Shown: one piece after another, positions 50,743 through 61,421 of the stretch
Numbering within the stretch: position 1 is the first letter of the stretch
Layout of the letters: the number at the start of each line of letters is the position of its first letter
Assembly (NCBI RefSeq): GCF_006345805.1
Contig: NC_043002.1
Coordinates: forward strand, 19,964,001 to 20,028,000
Direction: 5' to 3'
DNA from: Octopus sinensis
Taxonomy: Eukaryota
Length of the DNA: 64,000 nucleotides
Made by a program: the position numbers and the translations under genes
Notes under the pieces: generated by a model
The model's database searches: none
What the model was told of the DNA's origin: nothing
The model's input: the letters and a program-made list of their open reading frames with translations, nothing else

Positions 50743-53700
50743 GTTACTCAGTGACGATAACGAATGTCCACTGCTAACACCAGCTCCTGTCCACGGCGTG
50801 GACAGGTCGGAAGAGAGATCAAAAGAAAAATGCTACGAAAACTATCACCACCACAACAACCCTCCTCTTCTCAGGCGCTGAATTCCCCCCCTCCTCCCCA
50901 CATCTCCTTCCCAGTTTTCAGAGTTGGCACTATCAATGTTGGTACATTGACAGGCAAGTCTAGTGAGATTGTAGAGATGCTAGAGAGAAGACAGGTTGAT
51001 GTATGCTGCATACAAGAGGTAAGATGGAGAGGTGCTTCGGCTAGGGTCCTCACGGGCAAGGCACTTAGGTACAAACTCTTCTGGCAAGGTAACGTGGAAG
51101 GTGTAGGGGGTGTAGGCATTCTCCTTGCGGAGAAATGGGTGGATGAGGTCATAGAGGTTGTCAGGGTTTGCGATAGAGTGCTTAAGCTCAGGTTGGTCCT
51201 ACAGAGTGGCACAGCTATGATTATCTCCGCCTATGCCCCACAAGCGGGACTACCAAATGATCAGAAGGACAACTTTTATGATAACCTTCTGCAGGCTACT
51301 TCAAAGACTAGTAGCAAGGACCTCATCTTTGTAGGTGGAGACTTTAATGGGCATGTTGGGCGGGAATCGGGTATCTTCACTGGGGTACATGGTGGCTATG
51401 GTATTGGCACCAGAAATGATGAGGGAACTAGACTGCTGGAATTCTGTGATGCATGTAACCTTTCAATCTGCAACACTAACTTCAAGAAGCCAGTCTGCCA
51501 CCTTATAACTTATCAGTCAGGAGACTCCGCTAGCCAAATAGACTTCATCCTCACCAGACAGCGGGATGCAGGGTTGCTCTTGAATACAAAGACCCTCCCG
51601 GGTGAAGAATGTATCCCTCAGCATAGACTAATCATCAGTGACTTTAAGCTTGAGGCCAGAAGGACTCCAAGAAACAAACCAATCCAGAAAAGAAGGATTT
51701 GGAGGCTAAAGAACCCTTCACATGGTCAGAAATTTAGGGACATACTCATCAAGAAATTTGATGAGAGGGAGGAGGAGCTTCAGACGTCAGACATAGAAGG
51801 TAGCTGGGAATTCCTACGGGACAGCTTGCTGAGTGCCACAGACCGAGTCTGTGGATGGTGCAAAGTCCCTTCCAGACCTAGAATTATGTGGTGGTGGAAT
51901 AGTGCAGTAGATAAAGCCATCTGTAAAAAGAGACGGGCCTGGAAAGCCTGGAAGGATGGGGGCAGCAGGGAACTGTACCAGATAGCCAAAAGGGAGGCTG
52001 GGCGGCAGGTATACATAGCCAAAGACGTAGCAGAAAAGAAGAAGTTTGCCAATGTCCAGCGACGCGAGGATCAAAGAGCTGAAGTATTTCGGATTGCCAG
52101 ACAGTGTGTCAGAGAAAATAGTGATGTTATAGGAGAGAAATGTGTCCGCATGGATGATGGGGCACTTGCATTTACTGCTAGTGAAAAGAAAGAGGCTTGG
52201 AGAAGCCATTATGAAAGACTGCTGAATGAGGAGAATGAATGGGAGGAGGAGAGCCTGCCAAATGTTGACCCAGTAGAGGGACCAGCTACCCGAATAGACA
52301 GCTCCCTTGTAGATAAGGCAATTAAGGATATGAAACCAGGCAAAGCCCCTGGCCTATCAGGAATCACTGCTGAGATGCTTAAAACAGCTGGCTATGTGGG
52401 CTATACCATAGTCACCCGCATTGTAAACCAGGTAGTTCACAATGGAGTCATACCCAATGACTGGTGCAGCAGCACCATAGTCAACTGCTACAAGGGTAAG
52501 GGTGATGCTCTAGATAGAAATAACTACAGAGGTATCAAACTGTTGGACCAGGTGATGAAGGTCTCAGAGAAGGTCATAACCCATCTCATTAGGGAGAGAA
52601 TTTGTTTAGATGAAATGCAGTTCGGTTTTGTACCAGGTAGAAGCACCACTGATGCTATATTCCTGGTCCGACAACTGCAGGAGAAGTACCTAGCTAAAGA
52701 TAAACCCCTCTACATAGCTTTTGTAGACTTGGAGAAAGCCTTTAACAGGGTTCCCCGTTCCCTCATCTGGTGGTCGATGCGGAAACTGGAGATTGAAGAA
52801 TGGCTAATAAGGGCTGTACAGGCTCTATACAGAGAGGCTGTCAGCAAGGTTAGGATTGGCAACGAATATAGTGAAGAATTCCGGGTAGAAGTAGGTGTGC
52901 ACCAGGGCTCAGCCCTCAGTCCCCTTTTATTCATCATAGTCCTTCAGGCAATAACAGAGGAATTCAAAACGGGATGCCCCTGGGAGCTCCTCTATGCCGA
53001 TGACCTAGCTCTCATAGCAGAATCACTACCGGAACTAGAAGAGAAATTTCGGGTGTGGAAGCAAGGGTTGGAATCAAAAGGCCTTAGAATAAATGTAGCA
53101 AAGACCAAAGTATTAGTAAGCAGCAAGAGGTACTCAGCACACACCCCCTCGGGTAGGTGGCCCTGCTCAATCTGTAGGAAAGGTACAGGTAGAAACTCCA
53201 TAAGATGCACCCAATGTAAGTTATGGACACATAAGAGATGCAGCAACATTAAAGGGAAATTAACAGATAAGATAGCTTTCATGTGCGGCAGATGCACAGG
53301 GACAATAGACACAACAGACACTCAGAAAACAGATTCCATCACACTCCAGGGAGAGAAACTAGAAGTAGTTGATAGTTTCCGCTACCTGGGTGACCAAGTT
53401 AGTAGCGGAGGTGGATGCACAGAGAGTATCACCACTAGAATACGAATAGCCTGGGCAAAGTTCAGAAAGCTCCTACCCCTACTGGCAACAAAAGGTCTCT
53501 CCCTCAGAGCGAAAGGTAGATTGTATGATGCATGTGTGCGAACTGCCATGCTTCACGGTAATGAAACATGGGCAGTGACTGCAGAGGACATGCGTAGACT
53601 TGAAAGAAATGAAGCTAGCATGATCCGCTGGATGTGTAGTGTCAGTGTGCACGCAAGACAGAGTGTAAGCATCCTAAGAGAAATGCTGGATATAAGAAGC

Positions 53701-54235
53701 ATCAGATGTGGTGTGCAAGAGCGACGCTTGCGATGGTATGGTCATGTGCTGCGGATGGATGAAGAGAGATGTGTGAAGAAGTGCCACTCCCAAACAGTTG
53801 AAGGTATCAGGGGGAGAGGTAGACCCAGGAAGACATGGGATGAGGTAGTCAAGCATGACCTCAGAGCATTGGGCCTCACTGAGGCAATGGCGAAAGACCG
53901 AGATCTCTGGAGATATGCTGTGACTGCAAAGACCCGGGCTGCTTTCTGCAGCAATTCCACATACCCCGGACCCAGTTGCCCCCGTGCCGCCGGCACGTTA
54001 AAAGCTCGAACCGATCGCGACCAATGCCGGACCCCCCGGCCCCTGTGCAGGTGGCACGTAAAAAGCACCCAATCCACTCACGGAGTAGTTGGCGTTAGGA
54101 AGGGCATCCAGCCGTAGAAACTCTGCCAAATCAGACTGGAGCCTGGAGCGGCCCCTGGCTTCCCAGACCCCGGTCAAACCGTCCAACCCGTGCTAGCGCG
54201 GAAAACGGACGTTAAACGATGATGATGATGATGAT
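50743..54235 (+). mobile_element. RTE LINE, near full length, antisense in a BIRC6 intron
   Basis: Starts after (TAA)n, has a single long ORF, and its 3' end carries the GGCGTTAGGAAGGGCATCC box and (GAT)6. The 5' boundary is approximate and no TSD was found. Confidence 0.9.
50764..54117 (+). CDS. RTE-clade LINE polyprotein (APE endonuclease + reverse transcriptase + PHD finger), 1117 aa
   Basis: APE motifs TINVGTL, IQEVRW, SAYAP, GDFNGH and QIDF; RT motifs NYRGI, QFGF, FVDLEKAF, QGSALSPLLF, YADD and FRYLG; no stop codons. Confidence 0.95.
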   Translation: MSTANTSSCPRRGQVGREIKRKMLRKLSPPQQPSSSQALNSPPPPHISFPVFRVGTINVGTLTGKSSEIVEMLERRQVDVCCIQEVRWRGASARVLTGKALRYKLFWQGNVEGVGGVGILLAEKWVDEVIEVVRVCDRVLKLRLVLQSGTAMIISAYAPQAGLPNDQKDNFYDNLLQATSKTSSKDLIFVGGDFNGHVGRESGIFTGVHGGYGIGTRNDEGTRLLEFCDACNLSICNTNFKKPVCHLITYQSGDSASQIDFILTRQRDAGLLLNTKTLPGEECIPQHRLIISDFKLEARRTPRNKPIQKRRIWRLKNPSHGQKFRDILIKKFDEREEELQTSDIEGSWEFLRDSLLSATDRVCGWCKVPSRPRIMWWWNSAVDKAICKKRRAWKAWKDGGSRELYQIAKREAGRQVYIAKDVAEKKKFANVQRREDQRAEVFRIARQCVRENSDVIGEKCVRMDDGALAFTASEKKEAWRSHYERLLNEENEWEEESLPNVDPVEGPATRIDSSLVDKAIKDMKPGKAPGLSGITAEMLKTAGYVGYTIVTRIVNQVVHNGVIPNDWCSSTIVNCYKGKGDALDRNNYRGIKLLDQVMKVSEKVITHLIRERICLDEMQFGFVPGRSTTDAIFLVRQLQEKYLAKDKPLYIAFVDLEKAFNRVPRSLIWWSMRKLEIEEWLIRAVQALYREAVSKVRIGNEYSEEFRVEVGVHQGSALSPLLFIIVLQAITEEFKTGCPWELLYADDLALIAESLPELEEKFRVWKQGLESKGLRINVAKTKVLVSSKRYSAHTPSGRWPCSICRKGTGRNSIRCTQCKLWTHKRCSNIKGKLTDKIAFMCGRCTGTIDTTDTQKTDSITLQGEKLEVVDSFRYLGDQVSSGGGCTESITTRIRIAWAKFRKLLPLLATKGLSLRAKGRLYDACVRTAMLHGNETWAVTAEDMRRLERNEASMIRWMCSVSVHARQSVSILREMLDIRSIRCGVQERRLRWYGHVLRMDEERCVKKCHSQTVEGIRGRGRPRKTWDEVVKHDLRALGLTEAMAKDRDLWRYAVTAKTRAAFCSNSTYPGPSCPRAAGTLKARTDRDQCRTPRPLCRWHVKSTQSTHGVVGVRKGIQP

Positions 54236-54500
54236 CATCATCATCATCGTTTAACGTCCGTTTTCCATGCTGGTATGGGCTGGATGGTTTGACCAGGGTC
54301 CGGGAAGCTAGGAGGCTGCGCCGGGCTCCAGTCTGATTTGGCAGTGTTTCAACAGCTGGATGCCCTTCCTAATGCCAACCACTCCATGAGTGTAGTGGGT
54401 GCTTTTTACATGCCACTGGCACAGGGGCCAGAGGAGGCTGGCAAATGGCCACGAAAAGTTGGTGCTTTTTATGTGTCACCGACACGGATGCCAGTCAGGC
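54236..54500 (-). mobile_element. 5'-truncated RTE copy abutting the LINE tail-to-tail
   Basis: (ATC)n-GTTTAACGTCC... reverse complement of 54038-54234. Confidence 0.9.
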
Positions 54501-54714
54501 GAACAATAAAATTTGTTGTGCCTCTAATAGAAACAACCTGTCACCCAACCAAGGACCAGAAAGAACTGCCATAGCATTGACAGGAATTTAGCACAAATGA
54601 TGCTAAAAGATAATTTCTAAGTGCTGCTGTTACCAAGAGAAAGAGAGAGATCCTTTATATTTAAGCCAACAGAAGTAAACATTAATTTATCAATGGAGAG
54701 AACGTTATGGATAC

Positions 54715-54929
54715 CTTCATAATGTCCAGTCGGTCTTCATCACAGCGAACAAATACACTGCTACTTGCAGATAAAGGTAGAGACGTTGATAAAGTAACAG
54801 CTTCTTGTGCCAAACGCCGAGCTCTTGATGGATTCTTTATGAAACCCGACGTCCGAACATTTGACTCATAGTGATGTGGAGTAGAAAATTTCATGAAGCT
54901 ATCGTTCTCTGTAACCATTTCATAAGTTT
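54715..54929 (-). CDS. BIRC6: BIRC6 exon (start of UBC)
   Basis: G|AA ETYEMVTE...RARRLAQEAVTLSTSLPLSASSSVFVRCDEDRLDIMK; CAG/GTATCC; phase 1-0. Confidence 0.96.
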
Positions 54930-55939
54930 CTGAAAGAGAACAGAATATTATAGTCTTTCATTCTCACCAAAATTACATATATACTACCAAACAGGGCTGA
55001 AGATTATTCCTGTTATTACAACATCACAATACCACAAGCACTATAGCAGGATTCAGCAAACTTCTATCATAGACTCCTTCATGGAGTTGTTCTTAATTTA
55101 TCAACCCTCAAATAAATTTCTAAAATAAAATTAAATTGATAAATAGCCATAAAATTTCTGCCATATTATACTGATATAGTCAGAAAATATTTAATGTGAA
55201 ATACATGTTTGGTGAATATTAGTTACTGCATTGACATTTGGCAAGAAATCAGTGAATTTTAGCCTTAAATTACCACACATTCTACATTCAGTTCCCTAAT
55301 AATTTGGCACCTTTAATGCTTGAAATCATTTCAGGTGTTTGACTCCTTAGACCACCATGGGTCTATATAAATACATCGCGTTATGCTAAGAAGCACTGCA
55401 TGGTACCAGAATTTTAGACTCAAGTCAAATATAATGGACTGGCATTGAGTCGTCTAAGTTTTAATAATGAAGTGAAATCAAATAGTGATATTTTGAAGTA
55501 TTTCGTTTGACTTTATGAGAAGTTATGAAACAGTATGAAAGAACATTTTTCATAACTTTTTTTGCAGAATACATTGGCCTCAACTACATATGAGTGACAG
55601 GCAAAGTCAACCCTGGCAGAATTTGAATTCAGTGTGTGAGTGGTCACAGCTAAATACTTCAAGACTGCCCTAGATTTTCTGCAACTGCACTTTCTCAATT
55701 CAAATTGATTTGATTTGTGAGGAACAAGAGACACCTTCCCTGCTTTTAATTTATTTTTGTAAGACAAGTATATAATTGATTATTACGACCCCAGTATATT
55801 GATGGTAGCATGATAATCCAGAGTGATGGTTGGCTGTTAACTTCAACCCTTTCTCAAAATGAAAGTTTGATCAGCACAGCTTTAGCCCTGCTGAAAAACC
55901 TAATCATGCACACTGATCATTGAATATCTTGGCTGTGAT

Positions 55940-56130
55940 GTCTATGTAACTAATGTCTTGGTAGTTACTGCAAGAATGCCCATCACCTTTTTCCAAATGT
56001 TCCAGACACTCAGGTAGCCAAGACATTTGAAAGTCTTGGCAGGTAGATCACCTTTGCTTGGAGCGTTGTTGGGCTTCAGTTTGTAGATACCTTCATGCAC
56101 TTCCTCAGTGGTTAAGTGCATCCACATTGG
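55940..56130 (-). mobile_element. LINE RT relic
   Basis: LTTEEVHEGIYKLKPNNAPSKGDLPAKTFK resembles the pre-RT EEV..AI..LK..KAPG.D.+P motif. Confidence 0.5.
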
Positions 56131-56460
56131 GTAACAAATGAATTTTATGGAATGGAAATGATGGGCTTCTTCTGCAGTATCCACCAACCAAATTCCACCT
56201 ACAAAGTAACAATCAATTTGGGGCTACGGTAGCTGAATGACATTTGCACAAGTGCCATGTGGTGGATTGAACCTGGTATCCCATAACTATGAAATGAACT
56301 TCTTAATCACACAACTATGCTGTGCTATGTGGTCAGTATTGAAATATAATTTGTACCACAAACTATTATAGCCACCAATATCCGACAGATTCTGTTGCTA
56401 TGTAACTATTTGTATAATAAAAACAATTAGAAATGCTATTTCAATGAATCTCCAACTTAC

Positions 56461-56565
56461 CAAACTGGAACGATTTCATGACATTGATGTAACGGTTTTC
56501 AAGAGAGGTGCTGCTACACAAGTTTTTGTCCTCTGCTCTACTGCTTTTATCAGCTGAGGAACCAT
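56461..56565 (-). CDS. BIRC6: BIRC6 exon (105 nt; not in the ORF track)
   Basis: DGSSADK...TSLENRYINVMKSFQF matches SLEEKYVAVMKKLQF; TTTTCCAG acceptor and GTAAGT donor; phase 1-1. Confidence 0.92.
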
Positions 56566-56710
56566 CTGGAAAACAGTTGTAAAATTAGAAATCAATAACT
56601 TGGAAACGAAAATAATTTAATGTTGTTTTCTGCTCTTCTGTCAATATTATTTTACTAAATAGCAACTAGTTGTTTGTTAGGACCCTATTTGAAGGCCTCT
56701 TTAACTAGAC

Positions 56711-58070
56711 CAGTGTATCCCTACGTGGGGCCTGGGAAAATTGTAGTCAGGTGAGGGATCCAATTTTTTTCTTTTTTTTTAATAAGACATGGAATTGTGA
56801 AAATCTTTTTTTTCTTTCTCAGTCAATAATGTACTTTCATTTTTGTACTCAGTTATTAGAACTTTGGCACGTGAAAAGCACCATCCAAATGAGGCTGATG
56901 CCAGCACTGCCTTGACTGGCTTCTGTGCTGGTGGCATGTAAAAGCACCCACTACACTCACGGAGTGGTTGGTATGAGGAAGGGCATCCAGCTGTAGAAAC
57001 ACTGCCAGATCAGACTGGAGCCTGGTGCAGCCTCCTGGCTTCCCAGACCCTGGTTGAACCGTCCAACCCATGCTAGCATGGAAAACAGATGTTAAACGAT
57101 GATGATGATGATGATGGAGGCAAAATGTCTTGTTTGCTTTGTGATACCGCAATTCCAATGGTTAAGAAATTCAATGCACATCAGCATTATGCTCTTCATA
57201 AAGACAATAAATATGCCAAATTAGAGGGTGAGTTTCGAAAGATAGCAGTGCAGAAAATTGAAAGATGGAAAACTAAAGCAAAGACAATTTTTCCATTCTG
57301 TGTTACATCAAGGGAATGGTGCGACAGAAGCCAGCTATAAAGTTGCATATTTGCTTGGAAAAAAAAGGTAAACCATTCATCGATTCAGAACTCATAAAGG
57401 AATGTACTTTAGAAGTTGTAAGCTGTATAGATCCAGGTAAAGTTAACAAATATAAGGAGGTGCCTCTTTCAAGGAAAACTAATACAGATCGACAGCATGA
57501 ATTGGCATGTGAAGTAACAGAGCAGCTGAAAAATATAATCCGAAAAGAAAATGTATATTATTCAGTAGCTTTGGATGAATCAACAGATTCCACTGATTCA
57601 GCAAAGGTATTGTATTTTATTCATGCTATAACTGATGATTTTCAATTATATGAAGAATTGCTTGCTTTAGGCACTCTTAAAGGAAGATATTTTTTACAAC
57701 TTCAAAGAGTAATGCCACAAAGTAGGACGAAATATTAGTAATTTGGTAAGTGTGTGCATAGATGGTGCTCCAGCTATGATAGCTAAAAATGAAGGAGTTA
57801 TTGCACATCTTAAAACAGAAACCAAAGATCCAAGTGAACTGATTTCTTTTCATTGTATTTTACATCAGCAAAATCTGTCACTTTAAATGACACTTCGCAT
57901 AAGATTATAAGTATTGAAAACTATATTTGAGCAAATGCCATGAAGCATCATCAATTTAGAAGCATGCTAATGATGGATGATGAAGTAATTAGTGCAGATT
58001 TGTCTTATCACTCAAAAGTACACTGGCTGTCACAAGGGAAAGTATTGGTCAAAATTGGTTTAAATACTAC
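56711..58070 (+). mobile_element. hAT (Charlie/SPIN, GTF2IRD2-like) transposase relic, interrupted by an RTE tail at 56865-57116
   Basis: Fragments CLLCD, KKGKPFIDSELIKEC, PLSRKT, SVALDESTD, CIDGAPAM, SFHCILHQQNL and HSKVHWLSQGKVL; CAGTG left end; frameshifted. Confidence 0.85.
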
Positions 58071-58848
58071 AGGGTTAAACCCCATTTTACAAGATAGAAG
58101 ATCAAAAGAGGTAAAGTTCATTGAAGAGATAGACTGGGAAATTTTCTTGGCACCAAAAAGACCATGACCATATGCCAACTGATCCACCAATATCATTGTT
58201 GTTGCTGCTGTCTTACCCCAGGTCAGATCACACATGATCCAACATCTATAATCAAAGGCAATCCAGACATTACTCTCTTGTCTTTTTTTTGTAGACAATA
58301 TATCAAGAACTACACTCCAACAAGTCCTTCCTCTATTAAGATGGATGTGATCTGAGAGGGATTTGGCAGTTATTTCTAGCAGATTGGCCATATGAGATTG
58401 AAGCCTCACCAGCTTGAGACAAAACAATTTACTCTTTGATGTGAGAGTTGAATTTGTTGACTTTATTTAATTTGTTTTTAATATTGCTGCACAAACACCA
58501 GGTCAGAAAGGATGATCCTCCACTGATGTAATGAGTGAAATAAAAAGAAATTGTTCAGGGTTTCACAAGAAATTTGTACCAGATATAACAAGTACGTCAC
58601 AATACTAATACAGTATAAGAGTGAGAGACTACCTATAGTAACAGTTGGTGAAATCATGTGAAACAATAATTACACAGGAGAGAACAAAGTGGTGATATGA
58701 CATTCTATTGGGTTTAACTTTTTTGGTGAAAGCATCATCACAAGACGAATGTTATGTTATCGAGCCTCGCATCCCTTATCTGACTCTCAGGGCTCTAAAC
58801 AGGACATGGGGAAAATATCAAAGAGAGTCTCAAAAAGAAATATTTTAC

Positions 58849-59030
58849 CATTCGATCCCTTTAGCTTATCTGTAGCCATTTGGACAATTCTAGCAGTCTC
58901 TTGTATGTCTGGAATCAACAATGCCAATCCTTCATTTTCTTCTTCCTCTTCTTTCGAAGTTGTAGAAGTACCTGAACCATTGCCAGTGTTGTTGGCAGCT
59001 GCAGTGCCGCTGCCTTTGCTTTTGTTAGAC
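58849..59030 (-). CDS. BIRC6: BIRC6 exon
   Basis: AA|G then SNKSKG...EEENEGLALLIPDIQETARIVQMAT; TAG acceptor and GTAAAA donor; phase 2-1. Confidence 0.9.
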
Positions 59031-59888
59031 CTAAAAAACACAATGTTCAGAATAATGCTTATAGCAACAACAAAGACAAGGAATGTAAACAGAGAAACAA
59101 GAATTAATAAAATGCTTATATAAGATTAAGTTTTTTGGTACCAATTCACTTCTGCTTTTATGATATAACCCTTCTATTTAAAAATATTTGAAGTGTTTTG
59201 CGAAAAACGCTGGCTTAACAACCAAGTTATTTTGCCAAATCCTTCTGAATTCTTGATTATTTTCAAAATTGAAACATGAGCAATGTATTTCATTAGAAAC
59301 ACTAAGATGGAAAGTTTTAGTCTTTCTTTAGATATATTATCTACTAGAGGTGAATTCTTTAGAGAGGAACATCAGTGACCAAAGAAAGAATGTCTAAAAG
59401 CATGTGAGGATCAAAGCAATTATTCGTTGTAGTAACAGAATCACATTCTATGAAAGACAAAGTACAAAATGAGCTAAGGAAGTGCAACATAGCCAGTGAG
59501 GGCTTCAGTTAATGTGTACAGTAAGGACAGATATAAATGGACATAGAATATTTGGTGAAACAGAGTAGCTCTTGTCAGTGGAGAGCAACTGTAACAGAAG
59601 ATATGGCAAGAGGTGAGTTACAAAATGTTGGGCCTCACAGATTGGATTTTAAGACAAATTGAGATGAATAACAATACACCTTATTGCCAACTCATTTCAA
59701 TCCAGTACAAAATTGAAAGACAGATGTTATAATGATCAGTAAAAAAGTCAGAAAGAGTTTTAAAAAATTGTTTAAAATAAAAATTCTGCAGGGATGAAAA
59801 GCAGGATAATAATAAAACAAGAGTCAGTCAGATTGGTACAGAATCAATCAATTAGGTTAGAGGTGTTACAAAATTCAAAACAACTTAC

Positions 59889-60244
59889 TTTAACCGATTT
59901 GCATAGGTATCAACACATCCTCTCATTTTCTCCAGTAAAGTACACACCGATACTGTCGTCTCGCCATCTTCAGACTTGTCTAGAGGTAGCAACAAAGGAA
60001 CTAGCATAGGACAGATAGCAATGCCTCGCAATAGTTCAAGCAGAGCCTTGTACAGGGGCACATGACGGGCCATATCAAGTACAGAGTCATTGCGTAGATA
60101 TGATGAAATGGCTGGTACCAGGCATGACTGGCTCAGCAGTTCCGGAACCACTTCAGGGAGCAGGTTGTGGCACTGGGAAGGATATACAACTCCATCGAAA
60201 TCTCTTGGTATCCTATCACTGGGATTGATGTAACTTGCAATTAC
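59889..60244 (-). CDS. BIRC6: BIRC6 exon
   Basis: VIASYINP...ELLSQSCLVPAISSYLRNDSVLDMARHVPLY...CVDTYANRL; TAG/GTAAGT; phase 0-2. Confidence 0.96.
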
Positions 60245-60817
60245 CTAGCACAGAGAAAATATAAAAATCATCAGAAAAATATAGAAATCTGACTACAAAT
60301 ATAAAAGCTAGTGAAACAGCAGTCAATATGATTTACTTAATTTTGGTTGCATCATGATGATAATGTTAAAAATACATTAAAGTATAAACAGGAGCAAGCA
60401 GCAGAGCAACAGAGCTGGGTAAAATGACAAAACAGGACTTTTGAGTGGAGAATGATGAATACTACCTCTAAGTGTCAAATGAGACATTGTAGAAATACGA
60501 GGTTGAATATAGCATTTAGAAATGATATATTGTATTCTATAACTGAGAGATGTAGGATTTACATTAATAAACAGGGCAAATTTGGATTCACACTATGGCT
60601 CAACATGTTTAAAAATAAGGCAAATTGACAGAGTTCCAACTCCATGTACTCTACTTCACCCTTTTGTTGTTCATAAACGAAGTATCAATCCAGAACGGTT
60701 GATTTTATGTTTGAAATTATATCAGACTTGATGCCTTGCAATATTTACTCTAGCTCTTTGCATTCAGGGTTCAAAATCCCACCATGGCCAATTTATCAAC
60801 ATAATGGAAATTTTAGC

Positions 60818-61080
60818 TGTGATACCAGTGCCGGTGGCATGTAAGAGAACCATCCGAACGTGGCCGTTGCCAGTGCCGCCCCGACTGGCCTCCGTGCCGG
60901 TGGCACGTAAAAAGCACCCACTACACTCTTGGAGTGGTTGGCATTAGGAAGGGCATCCAGCTGTAGAAACACTGCCAGATCAGACTGGGCCTAGTGCAGC
61001 CTTCTGGCTTCCCAGACCCCGGACAAACCATCCAACCTATGCTAGCATGGAAAGCGGACGTTAAACGATGATGATGATGA
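60818..61080 (+). mobile_element. RTE LINE 3' fragment
   Basis: Two modules, the box and the (GAT)n tail. Confidence 0.9.
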
Positions 61081-61232
61081 TCAGGCACCTTAATTACCTT
61101 TAGTAGAGTCTACTGCTAAATGCAGGTGAAAGATATTACTCATCTCCAATGACCACTTTGAGATAAATCTTAAAAGAATAAACAATGAAAATGTAAAAAA
61201 AAATCTTGATGTAAAAAGAAAAAAAAACTCAC

Positions 61233-61421
61233 TTGTAACAAGCATGTGACATGTTCCTCTTCACTCTTCTGCCTCAGTAATGACTGCTCGGCATCCCAAC
61301 TGGAGGTGGTGGAGCCAGTACCAAAGCCAGTCCCTTTGGCCCAGTATTGCTGTGATTTTTCCTCCGCAGCAGTAGATGACACTGTCTGAGTGTTGGCAAC
61401 TTGGATGGCAGCCAGCATAGT
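61233..61421 (-). CDS. BIRC6: BIRC6 exon
   Basis: TMLAAIQ...QQYWAKGTGFGTGSTTSSWDAEQ...EEEHVTCLLQ; donor GTGAGT. The CAG acceptor at 61424-61422 was chosen; an in-frame GAG lies 6 nt upstream. Confidence 0.9.

Noticed and set aside
50871-54186. Minus-strand ORFs overlapping the LINE
   Set aside because: They are antisense shadows of the LINE ORF with no recognisable motifs.
57089-57340. Domesticated hAT/ZBED gene starting MLNDDDDDD
   Set aside because: The start and poly-Asp come from an inserted RTE (GAT)n tail, and the downstream transposase is frameshifted.
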